From positions 1 through 24,826 of the forward strand of contig CAVDRT010000209.1 of NCBI GenBank assembly GCA_963611445.1: 24,826 nucleotides of DNA. The letters are read 5' to 3'. The DNA comes from a bacterium. Its GTDB lineage: Bacteria; Bacillota; Clostridia; Oscillospirales; Acutalibacteraceae. Below, one piece after another: positions 16,340 through 24,826 of this stretch. Numbering within the stretch: the stretch's first letter is position 1; the number at the start of each line of letters is the position of its first letter. Below the pieces are notes generated by a model. It made no database searches and was not told where the DNA came from. It was given only the letters and a program-made list of their open reading frames with translations. The position numbers were made by a program, and so were the translations under genes.

Positions 16340-17310
16340 TGGGAGAAAAATCTGAAATTCGGGTAAAATTTGAAATTGGAGAAATAAAGTTTGAAGCAGA
16401 GGGATCTGCTGAATTAGTGGAAAGGGAGCGGAGCATTTTCAATAATACCCTCTTACCAGCTGCAATTGATGCGATTGTGCGTACTCGCAGCGTGGCGCAA
16501 CAATCCTCTGCATATATGGAAACGCCAGCATCACAACAGCCTCCTATATTAGCTTCAACAAATGAGTTACTACCAGAAGCAGTGGGATCAGAGACAGAAG
16601 TGGATTTATCCCGTGCTACACTTGTGTCATTTATAAAAAAATATGGCTCTTTGACCGAACCGGATTTCGTGCTTTTTTCGGCGTACTTTGACGAATTAAA
16701 GAATAAAACCAGCTATTTCACAAAGGATGATGCAGAGAGATACTATGATGAGGCACGAAAATCTAAGCCTCAAAATATAAGTATGTGCTTGAATCGATTG
16801 GCACAAAAGGGACTCATAATAGATGCTACCGATGTTGAGCAAAAAAGTCCAAAACCATATAGAGTATCGAGTGAAGGAATAGAGTATATCCGTAATTACA
16901 GCCCAAAGAATGCCACCGAGAAGAAAGCTACATCTTCGAAAAAAAGCCGCAAGCGTCATTCAAAAGAAAAATCGGTGTATGCCGATATTAACTGCGACGA
17001 ATTGAATCTAATGTCTTACCCGTCCGTGAAAGAATTAAAAGATTTCAAAGAAAAGATGCTACTTGTTCTATATATTGTCACAAAAGAGCAGAAGGGTGAG
17101 TGGTTTACAACCGATGATGTCCTTTGCCTTTTAACAGATATCTTTGGCGAATCAGCAACCAAAGATCAGGTAAATGGTGTCTTTAGCCGTGAAAAGTTGT
17201 GGTTCAAAACAAAAAAAGAAGACAACCGCACAAAGAGAAAGTTGCTAAATCAGGGAATTAGTTTTGCAGAGTCTTTGAAAGCAACCGATTCTTCTTTGAC
17301 AACACAATGA
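16339..17310 (+). CDS. Hypothetical protein with two predicted winged-helix-like domains
   Basis: 323 aa, TAATG-coupled; NISMCLNRLAQKGLI...YRVSSEG wHTH pattern, basic linker, second similar domain. Confidence 0.75.
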   Translation: MGEKSEIRVKFEIGEIKFEAEGSAELVERERSIFNNTLLPAAIDAIVRTRSVAQQSSAYMETPASQQPPILASTNELLPEAVGSETEVDLSRATLVSFIKKYGSLTEPDFVLFSAYFDELKNKTSYFTKDDAERYYDEARKSKPQNISMCLNRLAQKGLIIDATDVEQKSPKPYRVSSEGIEYIRNYSPKNATEKKATSSKKSRKRHSKEKSVYADINCDELNLMSYPSVKELKDFKEKMLLVLYIVTKEQKGEWFTTDDVLCLLTDIFGESATKDQVNGVFSREKLWFKTKKEDNRTKRKLLNQGISFAESLKATDSSLTTQ

Positions 17311-17315
17311 CAACA
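17297..17315 (+). promoter_or_regulatory. Putative arm-type sites TGACAACA x2 (attR of element 2)
   Basis: Copies at 17297 and 17308. Confidence 0.75.
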
Positions 17316-17415
17316 GGAATTATGATACACCGTAATTCTTGGATAATCTAAGTAATCCCGATAACCGGAGCTAAACCATCTATACAAAATCGTTTAGGTC
17401 ACGGTTTCAGGGAGC

Positions 17416-17609
17416 GAGTGGGAATAATACCAAGAGTTGCGTGAACCCGCATAAACACTGGGGTTTAGGCTCTTGAGTTCCTAATTTGATAGCAAAATGA
17501 TAGCAAACTGTAAAACAGCTTTACTCTAAGCGTTCTATCGGTTTGCAGGTACAATTGTTTTAATACTATAAAAGGCATTACTGACTTTTGCGGTCGGTAA
17601 TGCCTTTTT
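17416..17609 (+). repeat. att core copy 3 plus ~194-bp direct repeat copy 2 (orphan left end of an element-1-type element)
   Basis: Matches 1370-1563, including the TGATAGCA pair (17487, 17498) and terminator (17570-17610). Confidence 0.95.
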
Positions 17610-17820
17610 TGTGTTTGTATAATTATAAAGGGTGTGAATTTAAACTGACTGCCGTATAATGTAATTTCCCATTTCAACTTTCAATTTTGAATTTACATTC
17701 GTCTAGTGTCTAGTATCTAACATTTAGTTTATTATATATGAAAAGCACGAAAAAATCAACAAAACGGGTCACATCTGTTTAAAGTGAAGATTTGTAACAA
17801 TAAATTCACAAATTAACCGC

Positions 17821-17850
17821 TTGACAAACGGCGTGTTGTCGGTGTATAAT
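17821..17850 (+). promoter_or_regulatory. Sigma-A promoter of the ilv-leu operon
   Basis: TTGACA-N18-TATAAT. Confidence 0.85.
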
Positions 17851-17856
17851 ACGACA

Positions 17857-18137
17857 AAAGCGTTGATGAGGAAAAAGTATGGGTCGGCCTGATTCAGAGA
17901 GTCGGCGAGCGGTGAAAGCCGATGACGGCGCCTGATGCGAACTCCCCTCGGAGTTTCTTTTCCCAACGGAATTTTGAATTCCAAGTAGGAAAGACGGATA
18001 CCGACCGTTACAGCGGGAGATGATGTTATGTCATTGTTGAGTGGTCGCGGTTTTCGCGGCAAAAAGAGTGGTACCGCAAGATTTTTATCTTTTCGATAAT
18101 GATCCTGTCTCTTTAAGGAAAGAGATAGGGTCTTTTT
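17857..18137 (+). ncRNA. T-box riboswitch, Leu (CUC) specifier
   Basis: Stem I with AGAGA and GGTGAAA motifs, GAA-CTC specifier (17942-17944), T-box AGAGTGGTACCGC (18065-18077), terminator 18101-18137. Confidence 0.93.
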
Positions 18138-18242
18138 GTTATAATGACCGTGAAAATCGGTCAATATCCTGTTTTTTCGCGCCGCTTCGGAAAAACGAAT
18201 ACCAATTTCAAAAATTCAGGCGGCAGAACGGAGCTATTACAT

Positions 18243-19448
18243 ATGCTAACACTTGATAAAATATTCAATGCCTCGGTTGTAATCAAAGATATTATCAGAA
18301 AGACCGATGTGGTCAGGACCTCAGGCATTGCCCCCGGCTGCGACCTATACCTAAAACCCGAAAACCTGCAAAATACGGGCTCGTTCAAACTGAGGGGCTC
18401 GGGATATATGATAGCCACGCTGCCCGATGAAGAAAAAGCCAAAGGCGTTATCGCCTGTTCCGCCGGAAACCACGCTCAGGGCGTTGCGCTCGCGGCGACA
18501 AAATGCGGCATTTCTTCGCTTATTTGCCTGCCCGACAGCGCGCCGATTTCAAAAGTTGAAGCCACAAAGGCTTACGGTGCCGAAATTTGTATGGTGGAAG
18601 GCTGTTACGACGACGCTTACGCCCGCGCACTTCAACTCAAAGAAGAAAAGGGTTACACCTTTGTTCACCCGTTTGACGACGAAAATGTTATTGCGGGGCA
18701 GGGAACGATAGGACTTGAAATTGTCAACGAACTTGACGATGTCGACGCCGTTTTGGTGCCGATAGGCGGCGGCGGACTGATTTCGGGCGTTGCCTTTGCA
18801 ATTAAGTCGTTAAGACCTTCAATCAAGGTCTACGGCGTTCAGGCATCGGGTGCGCCGAGTATGTATAATTCGGTCAAAGACGGTCACATTGAATGTCTTG
18901 ACGGCGTTTCGACCATTGCGGACGGAATTGCGGTCAAACAGCCGGGCGAAAACACATTCGACCTTGTCAGCAAATATGTTGACGATATTTGCCTTGTCAG
19001 CGAAGATGAGATAGCCACGGCAATTCTGACGCTTATCGAAAAGCAGAAAATGATTGCCGAGGGCGCCGGAGCGGTTTCGGTTGCGGCGGCAATGTTCGAT
19101 AAATTCCCGATTAAGGGCAAAAAGGTTGTGAGCCTTGTGTCGGGCGGTAATATTGATGTCACCATTCTTTCACGCGTCATTCAACGCGGCCTTATCAAGA
19201 GTGGGCGGCTTGACAGTTTGCTTATCGAACTGGTGGACAAGCCCGGTCAGCTTAAAGAAGTTTCGAGAATAATCGCCGAGTGCGGCGGCAATGTCACGGG
19301 TGTTCATCACGAGCGCGCGGGCGACACCGAAAGCGTCAACGGCTGTTATCTGAGAATTACGATGGAAACGAGAAATTATGACCATGTCCGCGAAATTGTC
19401 AATGCGCTTAAAGACGCAGGCTTTAAAATCGTGAACAAAGATATATAA
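18243..19448 (+). CDS. ilvA: Threonine ammonia-lyase with C-terminal ACT domain
   Basis: ENLQNTGSFKLRG, SAGNHAQG, PIGGGGL, SGGNID, DKPGQL; GGAG RBS before ATG 18243. Confidence 0.95.
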   Translation: MLTLDKIFNASVVIKDIIRKTDVVRTSGIAPGCDLYLKPENLQNTGSFKLRGSGYMIATLPDEEKAKGVIACSAGNHAQGVALAATKCGISSLICLPDSAPISKVEATKAYGAEICMVEGCYDDAYARALQLKEEKGYTFVHPFDDENVIAGQGTIGLEIVNELDDVDAVLVPIGGGGLISGVAFAIKSLRPSIKVYGVQASGAPSMYNSVKDGHIECLDGVSTIADGIAVKQPGENTFDLVSKYVDDICLVSEDEIATAILTLIEKQKMIAEGAGAVSVAAAMFDKFPIKGKKVVSLVSGGNIDVTILSRVIQRGLIKSGRLDSLLIELVDKPGQLKEVSRIIAECGGNVTGVHHERAGDTESVNGCYLRITMETRNYDHVREIVNALKDAGFKIVNKDI

Positions 19449-19466
19449 AGCGAAAGGAAGATTAAA

Positions 19467-19856
19467 ATGAGTAAAATTTGCCATACAGATAAAGCCCCCG
19501 AGGCGATAGGACCGTATTCTCAGGCGGTAATTGCCGGGAATTTGGTTTTCACTTCGGGTCAGATTGCGATAAACCCCGCGTCGGGCGCGGTTGAATCCGA
19601 CACGATAGAGAGTCAGACCGAGCAGGTCTGCCGCAATATCGAAGAACTTTTGAAAGCGTCGGGCAGCGATATAACCCGTGTTGTGAAAACGGTTTGTTTT
19701 TTGCGAGATATGGGCGATTTTGCCGCATTTAACACCGTTTATGCCCGTCATTTCACAAGTTGCCCCGCCCGCTCCTGCGTTGCGGTAAAGGAACTGCCAA
19801 AAAATGTTTTGGTGGAAGTCGATACCGTTGCTGAGATTAAAGGAGAAGATAAATAA
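19467..19856 (+). CDS. ridA: RidA (YjgF/YER057c/UK114) enamine deaminase
   Basis: APEAIGPYSQA, SGQI, PARSCVAV.ELPK..LVE. Confidence 0.94.
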   Translation: MSKICHTDKAPEAIGPYSQAVIAGNLVFTSGQIAINPASGAVESDTIESQTEQVCRNIEELLKASGSDITRVVKTVCFLRDMGDFAAFNTVYARHFTSCPARSCVAVKELPKNVLVEVDTVAEIKGEDK

Positions 19857-21529
19857 TGATGGATTCATCAAAATATTCGGCGGGATATTATAAAGCCCCC
19901 GGCGAGCATATGAAATGGGCGCAAAAGGATAAAATCGAAAAAGCACCGCAGTGGTGCAGTGTTGATTTGAGGGACGGCAACCAAAGCCTTGTCATTCCGA
20001 TGAGTTTGGAAGAAAAACTCACCTTCTATAAAATGCTTTTAAAAATAGGCTTTAAAGAGATTGAAGTCGGTTTCCCGGCGGCGAGCGAAACCGAATATGA
20101 ATTTTTGAGAACGCTGATTGAAAAAAATATGATTCCCGAAGATGTTTCGGTCCAGGTTCTCACCCAGTGCCGCGAACACATAATCCGCAAAACATTTGAG
20201 GCTTGCAAGGGTGCGCCTTCGGCAATCATTCACTTTTATAATTCGGTGAGCGTTGCACAGCGCGAACAGGTCTTCAAAAAATCAAAAGAAGAAATCAAGA
20301 AAATTGCCGTTGACGGCGCGCGCCTTGTCAAAAAACTGGCAAGCGAATATGAGGGCAATTTCAGATTTGAATATTCGCCCGAAAGTTTCACAGGCGCCGA
20401 GCCCGAGTATTCGCTCGAAGTCTGCAACGCCGTTTTGGATGTTTTGGAGCCGTCGGCGGATAACAATGTAATTATAAACCTGCCTGTCACGGTGGAAATG
20501 AGCCTTCCGCACATTTATGCCTCTCAGGTTGAATATATGAGCGAAAACCTTAAATACAGAGAGTTTGTCACCCTCTCGCTTCACCCGCACAATGACCGCG
20601 GAACAGGCATTGCCGACACCGAACTGGCGCTTCTTGCAGGTGCCGACCGCGTCGAGGGCACCCTGTTCGGCAACGGTGAGCGCACGGGAAATGTTGATGT
20701 TGTCACGCTTGCAATGAATATGTATTCGCACGGCGTTGACCCGAAACTTGATTTGTCGGATATGCCAAGATTGGTTGAAACCTATGAAAAATGTACCCGT
20801 ATGCATGTTTATGAGCGCTCGCCCTATGCTGGCTCCCTTGTGTTTGCCGCTTTTTCGGGCAGCCATCAGGACGCTATCGCAAAGGGTATGAAATGGCGCG
20901 AAGAAAAGAAACTTCACCGTTGGACCGTGCCTTATATCCCGATAGACCCGCACGACATCAACCGTACATACGATTCGGATGTTATCCGCGTCAATTCGCA
21001 GAGCGGAAAGGGCGGAATCGGCTATCTGCTTGAGCAGACTTACGGTTATGAACTGCCTGCCGCCATGCGTGAGGATTTCAGTTATTGCTGCAAAGATGTT
21101 TCCGACAAAGGACATAAGGAGCTTAAAGCCGCAGAGGTTTATGAAGTCTTCAAAAAGCGCTATTTTGACATTGATGGTCCCGTTTCTTATAAAGATGTTT
21201 CGTTTGAGCGAAACGGCAAAACCGTTAATGCCGCAGTCACTTTTGTTTTTGACGGGGAACAGAAAACCGTCAGTGCCGAGGGCAACGGCTCGCTTGACGC
21301 TGTGAGCAACGCGCTTAAAAATCTCACGGGAGATAACTATAAACTTGCGGTTTATACAGAGCACAGTATGCGCGGCCGCGGCTCGGGCAGCACCGCAGCG
21401 GCTTATATAGGGATTGAAAACGAACAGGGCGAAATGAGTTGGGGTGCCGGCACAAATACCGACATTATTCACGCAAGTATCGACGCGCTCATTAACGCTT
21501 ATAATTCATTTAAAACAACGCAGATTTAA
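19856..21529 (+). CDS. leuA: 2-isopropylmalate synthase (yeast/actinobacterial-type)
   Basis: WCSVDLRDGNQ, FEYSPESF, LHPHNDRG, GNGERTGN, RVNSQSGKGG. Confidence 0.96.
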   Translation: MMDSSKYSAGYYKAPGEHMKWAQKDKIEKAPQWCSVDLRDGNQSLVIPMSLEEKLTFYKMLLKIGFKEIEVGFPAASETEYEFLRTLIEKNMIPEDVSVQVLTQCREHIIRKTFEACKGAPSAIIHFYNSVSVAQREQVFKKSKEEIKKIAVDGARLVKKLASEYEGNFRFEYSPESFTGAEPEYSLEVCNAVLDVLEPSADNNVIINLPVTVEMSLPHIYASQVEYMSENLKYREFVTLSLHPHNDRGTGIADTELALLAGADRVEGTLFGNGERTGNVDVVTLAMNMYSHGVDPKLDLSDMPRLVETYEKCTRMHVYERSPYAGSLVFAAFSGSHQDAIAKGMKWREEKKLHRWTVPYIPIDPHDINRTYDSDVIRVNSQSGKGGIGYLLEQTYGYELPAAMREDFSYCCKDVSDKGHKELKAAEVYEVFKKRYFDIDGPVSYKDVSFERNGKTVNAAVTFVFDGEQKTVSAEGNGSLDAVSNALKNLTGDNYKLAVYTEHSMRGRGSGSTAAAYIGIENEQGEMSWGAGTNTDIIHASIDALINAYNSFKTTQI

Positions 21530-21589
21530 TTTGGGGGGCGGCGGACCGGGTTTCCGCCGGCTCAACCTTTTGATTAGGAGTGATTACCG

Positions 21590-22849
21590 ATGGGTATGAC
21601 AATGACCCAGAAAATTCTTGCCGACCACGCAGGGCTTGAAAGTGTTTCGGCAGGTCAGTTGATAATGGCAAACCTTGACCTTGTTTTGGGCAATGATATA
21701 ACCACACCCGTGGCGGTGAATGAATTTAAAAAAGCCGGATTTGACGGCGTTTTCGATAAAGACAGAATTGCAATTGTGCTTGACCATTTTGTGCCGAACA
21801 AGGATATAAAAGCGGCGGAACAGTCAAAACAGTGCCGCGAATTTGCGTGTCGGCATTGCGTCAGCCACTTTTATGATGTCGGCAAAATGGGCATTGAACA
21901 CGCGCTTTTGCCGGAGCAGGGTGTTGTGACGGCGGGCGACTGCATAATCGGCGCCGACAGCCACACCTGCACTTACGGTGCGCTGGGCGCATTTTCAACC
22001 GGCGTCGGCAGCACGGATATGGCGGCAGGAATGGCTTCCGGAAAAGCGTGGTTTAAAGTCCCGTCGGCAATAAAATTCGAACTCAGAGGCGCTCTTCCCG
22101 AAAACTGCAGCGGAAAAGACCTGATTTTGACAATAATCGGTATGATAGGCGTCGACGGCGCTTTGTATCAAAGTATGGAATTCACGGGCGACGGCGTAAA
22201 ATCCCTTTCAATGGACGACCGCCTTTGCATTTGCAATATGGCAATTGAAGCAGGCGCGAAAAACGGAATTTTCCCTGTGGACGATGTGACAAGAAAATAT
22301 CTCAAAGACCGCTCGGAAAGAAAGGCGAAAGAGTATTCCGCCGACCCCGACGCGGTTTATGAAAAGGTGTATAAAATCAACCTTTCGGAAATCACGCCGA
22401 CTGTCAGTTGTCCGCATTTGCCCGAAAACACAAAACCTGCGGCGGCGCTTTCGGATATAAAAATCGACCAGGTGGTTATAGGCAGCTGCACAAACGGACG
22501 AATGGAAGATATGGCGGCGGCATATAAAGTTCTTCACGGCAAAAAGGTGGCGGACGGCGTTCGCTGCATTATCATTCCGGCAACTATGCAAATCTACCGC
22601 GAATGTGTGGAAAAAGGATATGTAACGGCGTTTATCGACGCGGGCGCGGTTGTTTCAACGCCGACCTGCGGCCCGTGCCTCGGCGGATATATGGGCATTT
22701 TGGCGGCGGGCGAGCGCTGTATTGCAACAACCAACCGCAACTTTGTCGGCAGAATGGGTCATATCGACAGCGAGGTTTATCTCGCAAGTCCCCTGACGGC
22801 GGCGTCAAGCGCCCTCACGGGTTACATAACCGCACCGAAGGAGGACTGA
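21590..22849 (+). CDS. leuC: 3-isopropylmalate dehydratase large subunit
   Basis: [31 protein letters not shown]. Confidence 0.96.
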   Translation: MGMTMTQKILADHAGLESVSAGQLIMANLDLVLGNDITTPVAVNEFKKAGFDGVFDKDRIAIVLDHFVPNKDIKAAEQSKQCREFACRHCVSHFYDVGKMGIEHALLPEQGVVTAGDCIIGADSHTCTYGALGAFSTGVGSTDMAAGMASGKAWFKVPSAIKFELRGALPENCSGKDLILTIIGMIGVDGALYQSMEFTGDGVKSLSMDDRLCICNMAIEAGAKNGIFPVDDVTRKYLKDRSERKAKEYSADPDAVYEKVYKINLSEITPTVSCPHLPENTKPAAALSDIKIDQVVIGSCTNGRMEDMAAAYKVLHGKKVADGVRCIIIPATMQIYRECVEKGYVTAFIDAGAVVSTPTCGPCLGGYMGILAAGERCIATTNRNFVGRMGHIDSEVYLASPLTAASSALTGYITAPKED

Positions 22850-22852
22850 ACA

Positions 22853-23338
22853 ATGCAAACCAAAGGAAAAGTTTTTAAATATCCCGACAATGTCGATACA
22901 GATGTTATAATCCCTGCCCGTTATCTCAACACACCCGACGGGAATGAACTTGCAAAGCACTGTATGGAAGACATCGACCCCGAATTTGTCAACAAAGTGG
23001 CAGCCGGCGACATCATCGTCGCAGGAAAAAATTTCGGCTGCGGCTCGTCGAGAGAGCACGCTCCGCTCGTCATAAAAATTTGCAAAACAGGCTGCGTTAT
23101 CGCCAAAAGTTTTGCGCGGATTTTCTACCGCAACGCAATAAATATAGGGCTTCCCATTCTTGAATGTCCTGCGGCGGCGGAAGAAATAAACGAGGGTGAT
23201 GAGGTCTCGGTCAATTTCGACACGGGCGTCATTTCGGACATTACCACGGGAAAAGAGTACAAAGCGGAGCCGTTTCCCCCGTTTGTTCAAAACATAATCA
23301 AATCGGGCGGACTTATGGCGTCTTTAAAGCAGAAATGA
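22853..23338 (+). CDS. leuD: 3-isopropylmalate dehydratase small subunit
   Basis: [37 protein letters not shown]. Confidence 0.96.
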   Translation: MQTKGKVFKYPDNVDTDVIIPARYLNTPDGNELAKHCMEDIDPEFVNKVAAGDIIVAGKNFGCGSSREHAPLVIKICKTGCVIAKSFARIFYRNAINIGLPILECPAAAEEINEGDEVSVNFDTGVISDITTGKEYKAEPFPPFVQNIIKSGGLMASLKQK

Positions 23339-23351
23339 GGCGGAAAATAAA

Positions 23352-24440
23352 ATGAAAAAGAACATTGCAGTCATAAAAGGGGACGGAATAGGCCCCGAAA
23401 TTACCGCCGAAGCCGTCCGCGTACTTGACGGTGTGGCAAAACTTTACGGTCACGAATTTACATATACAGATGTCGATATGGGCGGCTGCGCTATTGACAA
23501 ATGGGGCGACCCGTTGCCCGATGAAATGCTTAAAAGATGTCTTGAATCCGACAGTGTGCTGCTCGGCGCGGTCGGGGGACCGAAATGGAACGGAGTGCCG
23601 GGAGATAAAAGACCCGAAAAAGGGCTTTTGAGGCTCAGAGCAGGACTTAAAGTTTTCAGCAATAACCGTCCTGCGAAAATTTGGAAACAGTTGGCGGACG
23701 CATCTCCGCTTAAGCCTTCTATTGTTGAAAAAGGCATTGATTTCATCATTGTGAGGGAACTCACGGGCGGAATTTATTTCGGCTCGCACAACACGGAAAC
23801 GGTGAACGGAGAGCCCGTCGCAACCGATATTATGGCTTATTCCGAATCGGAAATTGAGCGAATCGGCAGGATAGGGTTTGAGACCGCAAAAAAACGCGGC
23901 GGCAAACTCTGCTCGGTTGAAAAAAGCAATGTGCTTGACACAAGCCGCCTTTGGAAAAAGGTTATGCACGCTCTCGCCGAGGAATACCCCGAGGTCGAAC
24001 TCTCGGATATGCTTGTCGACAACTGCGCTATGCAGATAGCGAGAGACCCGTCACAGTTTGATGTGATAGTAACCGAGAATATGTTCGGCGATATTTTGTC
24101 GGACGAAGCGTCGGTCATCACCGGCTCAATCGGAATGATTCCGTCGTCAAGTCTCGGTTTCGGAACACGGGGGCTTTATGAGCCTATTCACGGCTCCGCG
24201 CCCGACATTGCGGGCATGGACCTTGCAAACCCAATCGGAACGATACTTTCGGCGGCGATGATGCTTCGATACAGTTTCGGACTTGAAGCCGAGGCGAAAT
24301 CAATTGAAAACGCCGTCGGCAAGGCGCTGGACGAGGGACTCAGAACAGCGGACATAATGCCCAAAACGGAAAATGAATTTAAAGCGGTGGGTTGCCGTGA
24401 AATGGGCACATTTATTCTTGAAAATTTGAAAAAGGTGTGA
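23352..24440 (+). CDS. leuB: 3-isopropylmalate dehydrogenase
   Basis: [40 protein letters not shown]. Confidence 0.97.
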   Translation: MKKNIAVIKGDGIGPEITAEAVRVLDGVAKLYGHEFTYTDVDMGGCAIDKWGDPLPDEMLKRCLESDSVLLGAVGGPKWNGVPGDKRPEKGLLRLRAGLKVFSNNRPAKIWKQLADASPLKPSIVEKGIDFIIVRELTGGIYFGSHNTETVNGEPVATDIMAYSESEIERIGRIGFETAKKRGGKLCSVEKSNVLDTSRLWKKVMHALAEEYPEVELSDMLVDNCAMQIARDPSQFDVIVTENMFGDILSDEASVITGSIGMIPSSSLGFGTRGLYEPIHGSAPDIAGMDLANPIGTILSAAMMLRYSFGLEAEAKSIENAVGKALDEGLRTADIMPKTENEFKAVGCREMGTFILENLKKV

Positions 24441-24444
24441 CATA

Positions 24445-24826
24445 ATGATTTTAACAGGGGCTGACATATTGGTGAGAACATTGATTGAGGAGGGCTGCGA
24501 GGTAGTTTTCGGATACCCGGGCGGTCAGGTCATCAATGTTTATGACTCACTTTATAAATACAGAGATGAATTGAAACACATTTTAACGGCGCACGAACAG
24601 GGCGCGGCGCACGCCGCCGACGGATATGCAAGGGCTTCGGGAAAACCCGGCGTTGTCATTGCAACTTCGGGGCCCGGCGCCACAAACCTTGTCACGGGCA
24701 TTGCAACAGCATATCTTGATTCGGTGCCGATGATTGCAATTACCGGGAATGTCGCGGGCGCACAAATCGGAACCGACAGTTTTCAGGAGGTCGATATCAC
24801 AGGCGTCACGCTTCCCATCACAAAAC
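24445..24826 (+). CDS. ilvB: Acetolactate synthase large subunit, 3'-truncated by the window (absent from the ORF track)
   Basis: [27 protein letters not shown]...[14 protein letters not shown]...ATSGPGATN...FQEVD. Confidence 0.95.
   Translation, partial: MILTGADILVRTLIEEGCEVVFGYPGGQVINVYDSLYKYRDELKHILTAHEQGAAHAADGYARASGKPGVVIATSGPGATNLVTGIATAYLDSVPMIAITGNVAGAQIGTDSFQEVDITGVTLPITK

Larger units (their letters stand above)
11336..17430. mobile_element. Defective guaA-targeting element 2 carrying an RM system and a HEPN/wHTH pair
   Basis: att cores at 11336 and 17416; TGACAACA pairs at both ends; xre, switch region, mob remnant and tnpV; no xis or int. Confidence 0.9.

Noticed and set aside
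17620..17635. GGGTGTGAATTT as a fourth att core
   Set aside because: Only 8 of 12 bases match and there are no right-arm repeats at the expected distance.
17671..17720. Short 7-mer-like repeats (TTCAACT/TTCAATT; GTCTAGT x2)
   Set aside because: Too short and degenerate to support a function.
21531..21571. GC-rich hairpin between leuA and leuC as a terminator
   Set aside because: Imperfect stem, short displaced U tract and no downstream promoter seen; more likely an mRNA stability element.
19170..24765. Long antisense ORFs over ilv/leu genes (e.g. 19170-19946, 20282-21472, 23313-23969)
   Set aside because: Mirror frames produced by the codon bias of real + strand genes.

Overview
Firmicute (Clostridia-like) chromosomal segment. 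It opens with the 3' part of guaA (to 1381), whose last codons (GAGTGGGARTAA, E-W-E-stop) serve as an integration site. Two related but defective integrative elements follow in tandem (element 1, 1370-11350; element 2, 11336-17430), plus the orphan left end of a third (17416-17609). Each element keeps its att arms, an Xre repressor, a conserved switch/leader region, a relaxase C-terminal remnant and tnpV, but has lost a functional integrase and relaxase. The cargo is mostly defence. Element 1 carries two C5-MTases convergent with two REases under one C protein, plus Gabija (OLD nuclease + UvrD). Element 2 carries an HTH-fused C5-MTase with an Eco47II-family REase, plus an uncharacterised HEPN(DUF4145)/winged-helix gene pair. 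The chromosome resumes with a Leu T-box and ilvA-ridA-leuA-leuC-leuD-leuB-ilvB (partial). Most notable: (1) tandem ACGT sites on the -35 box of the MTase promoter in a window almost devoid of ACGT; (2) a C-box overlapping the divergent Gabija promoter; (3) a conserved structured leader in both elements; (4) the HEPN/wHTH pair. Family calls come from motif recognition and recall, and counts were made by eye.
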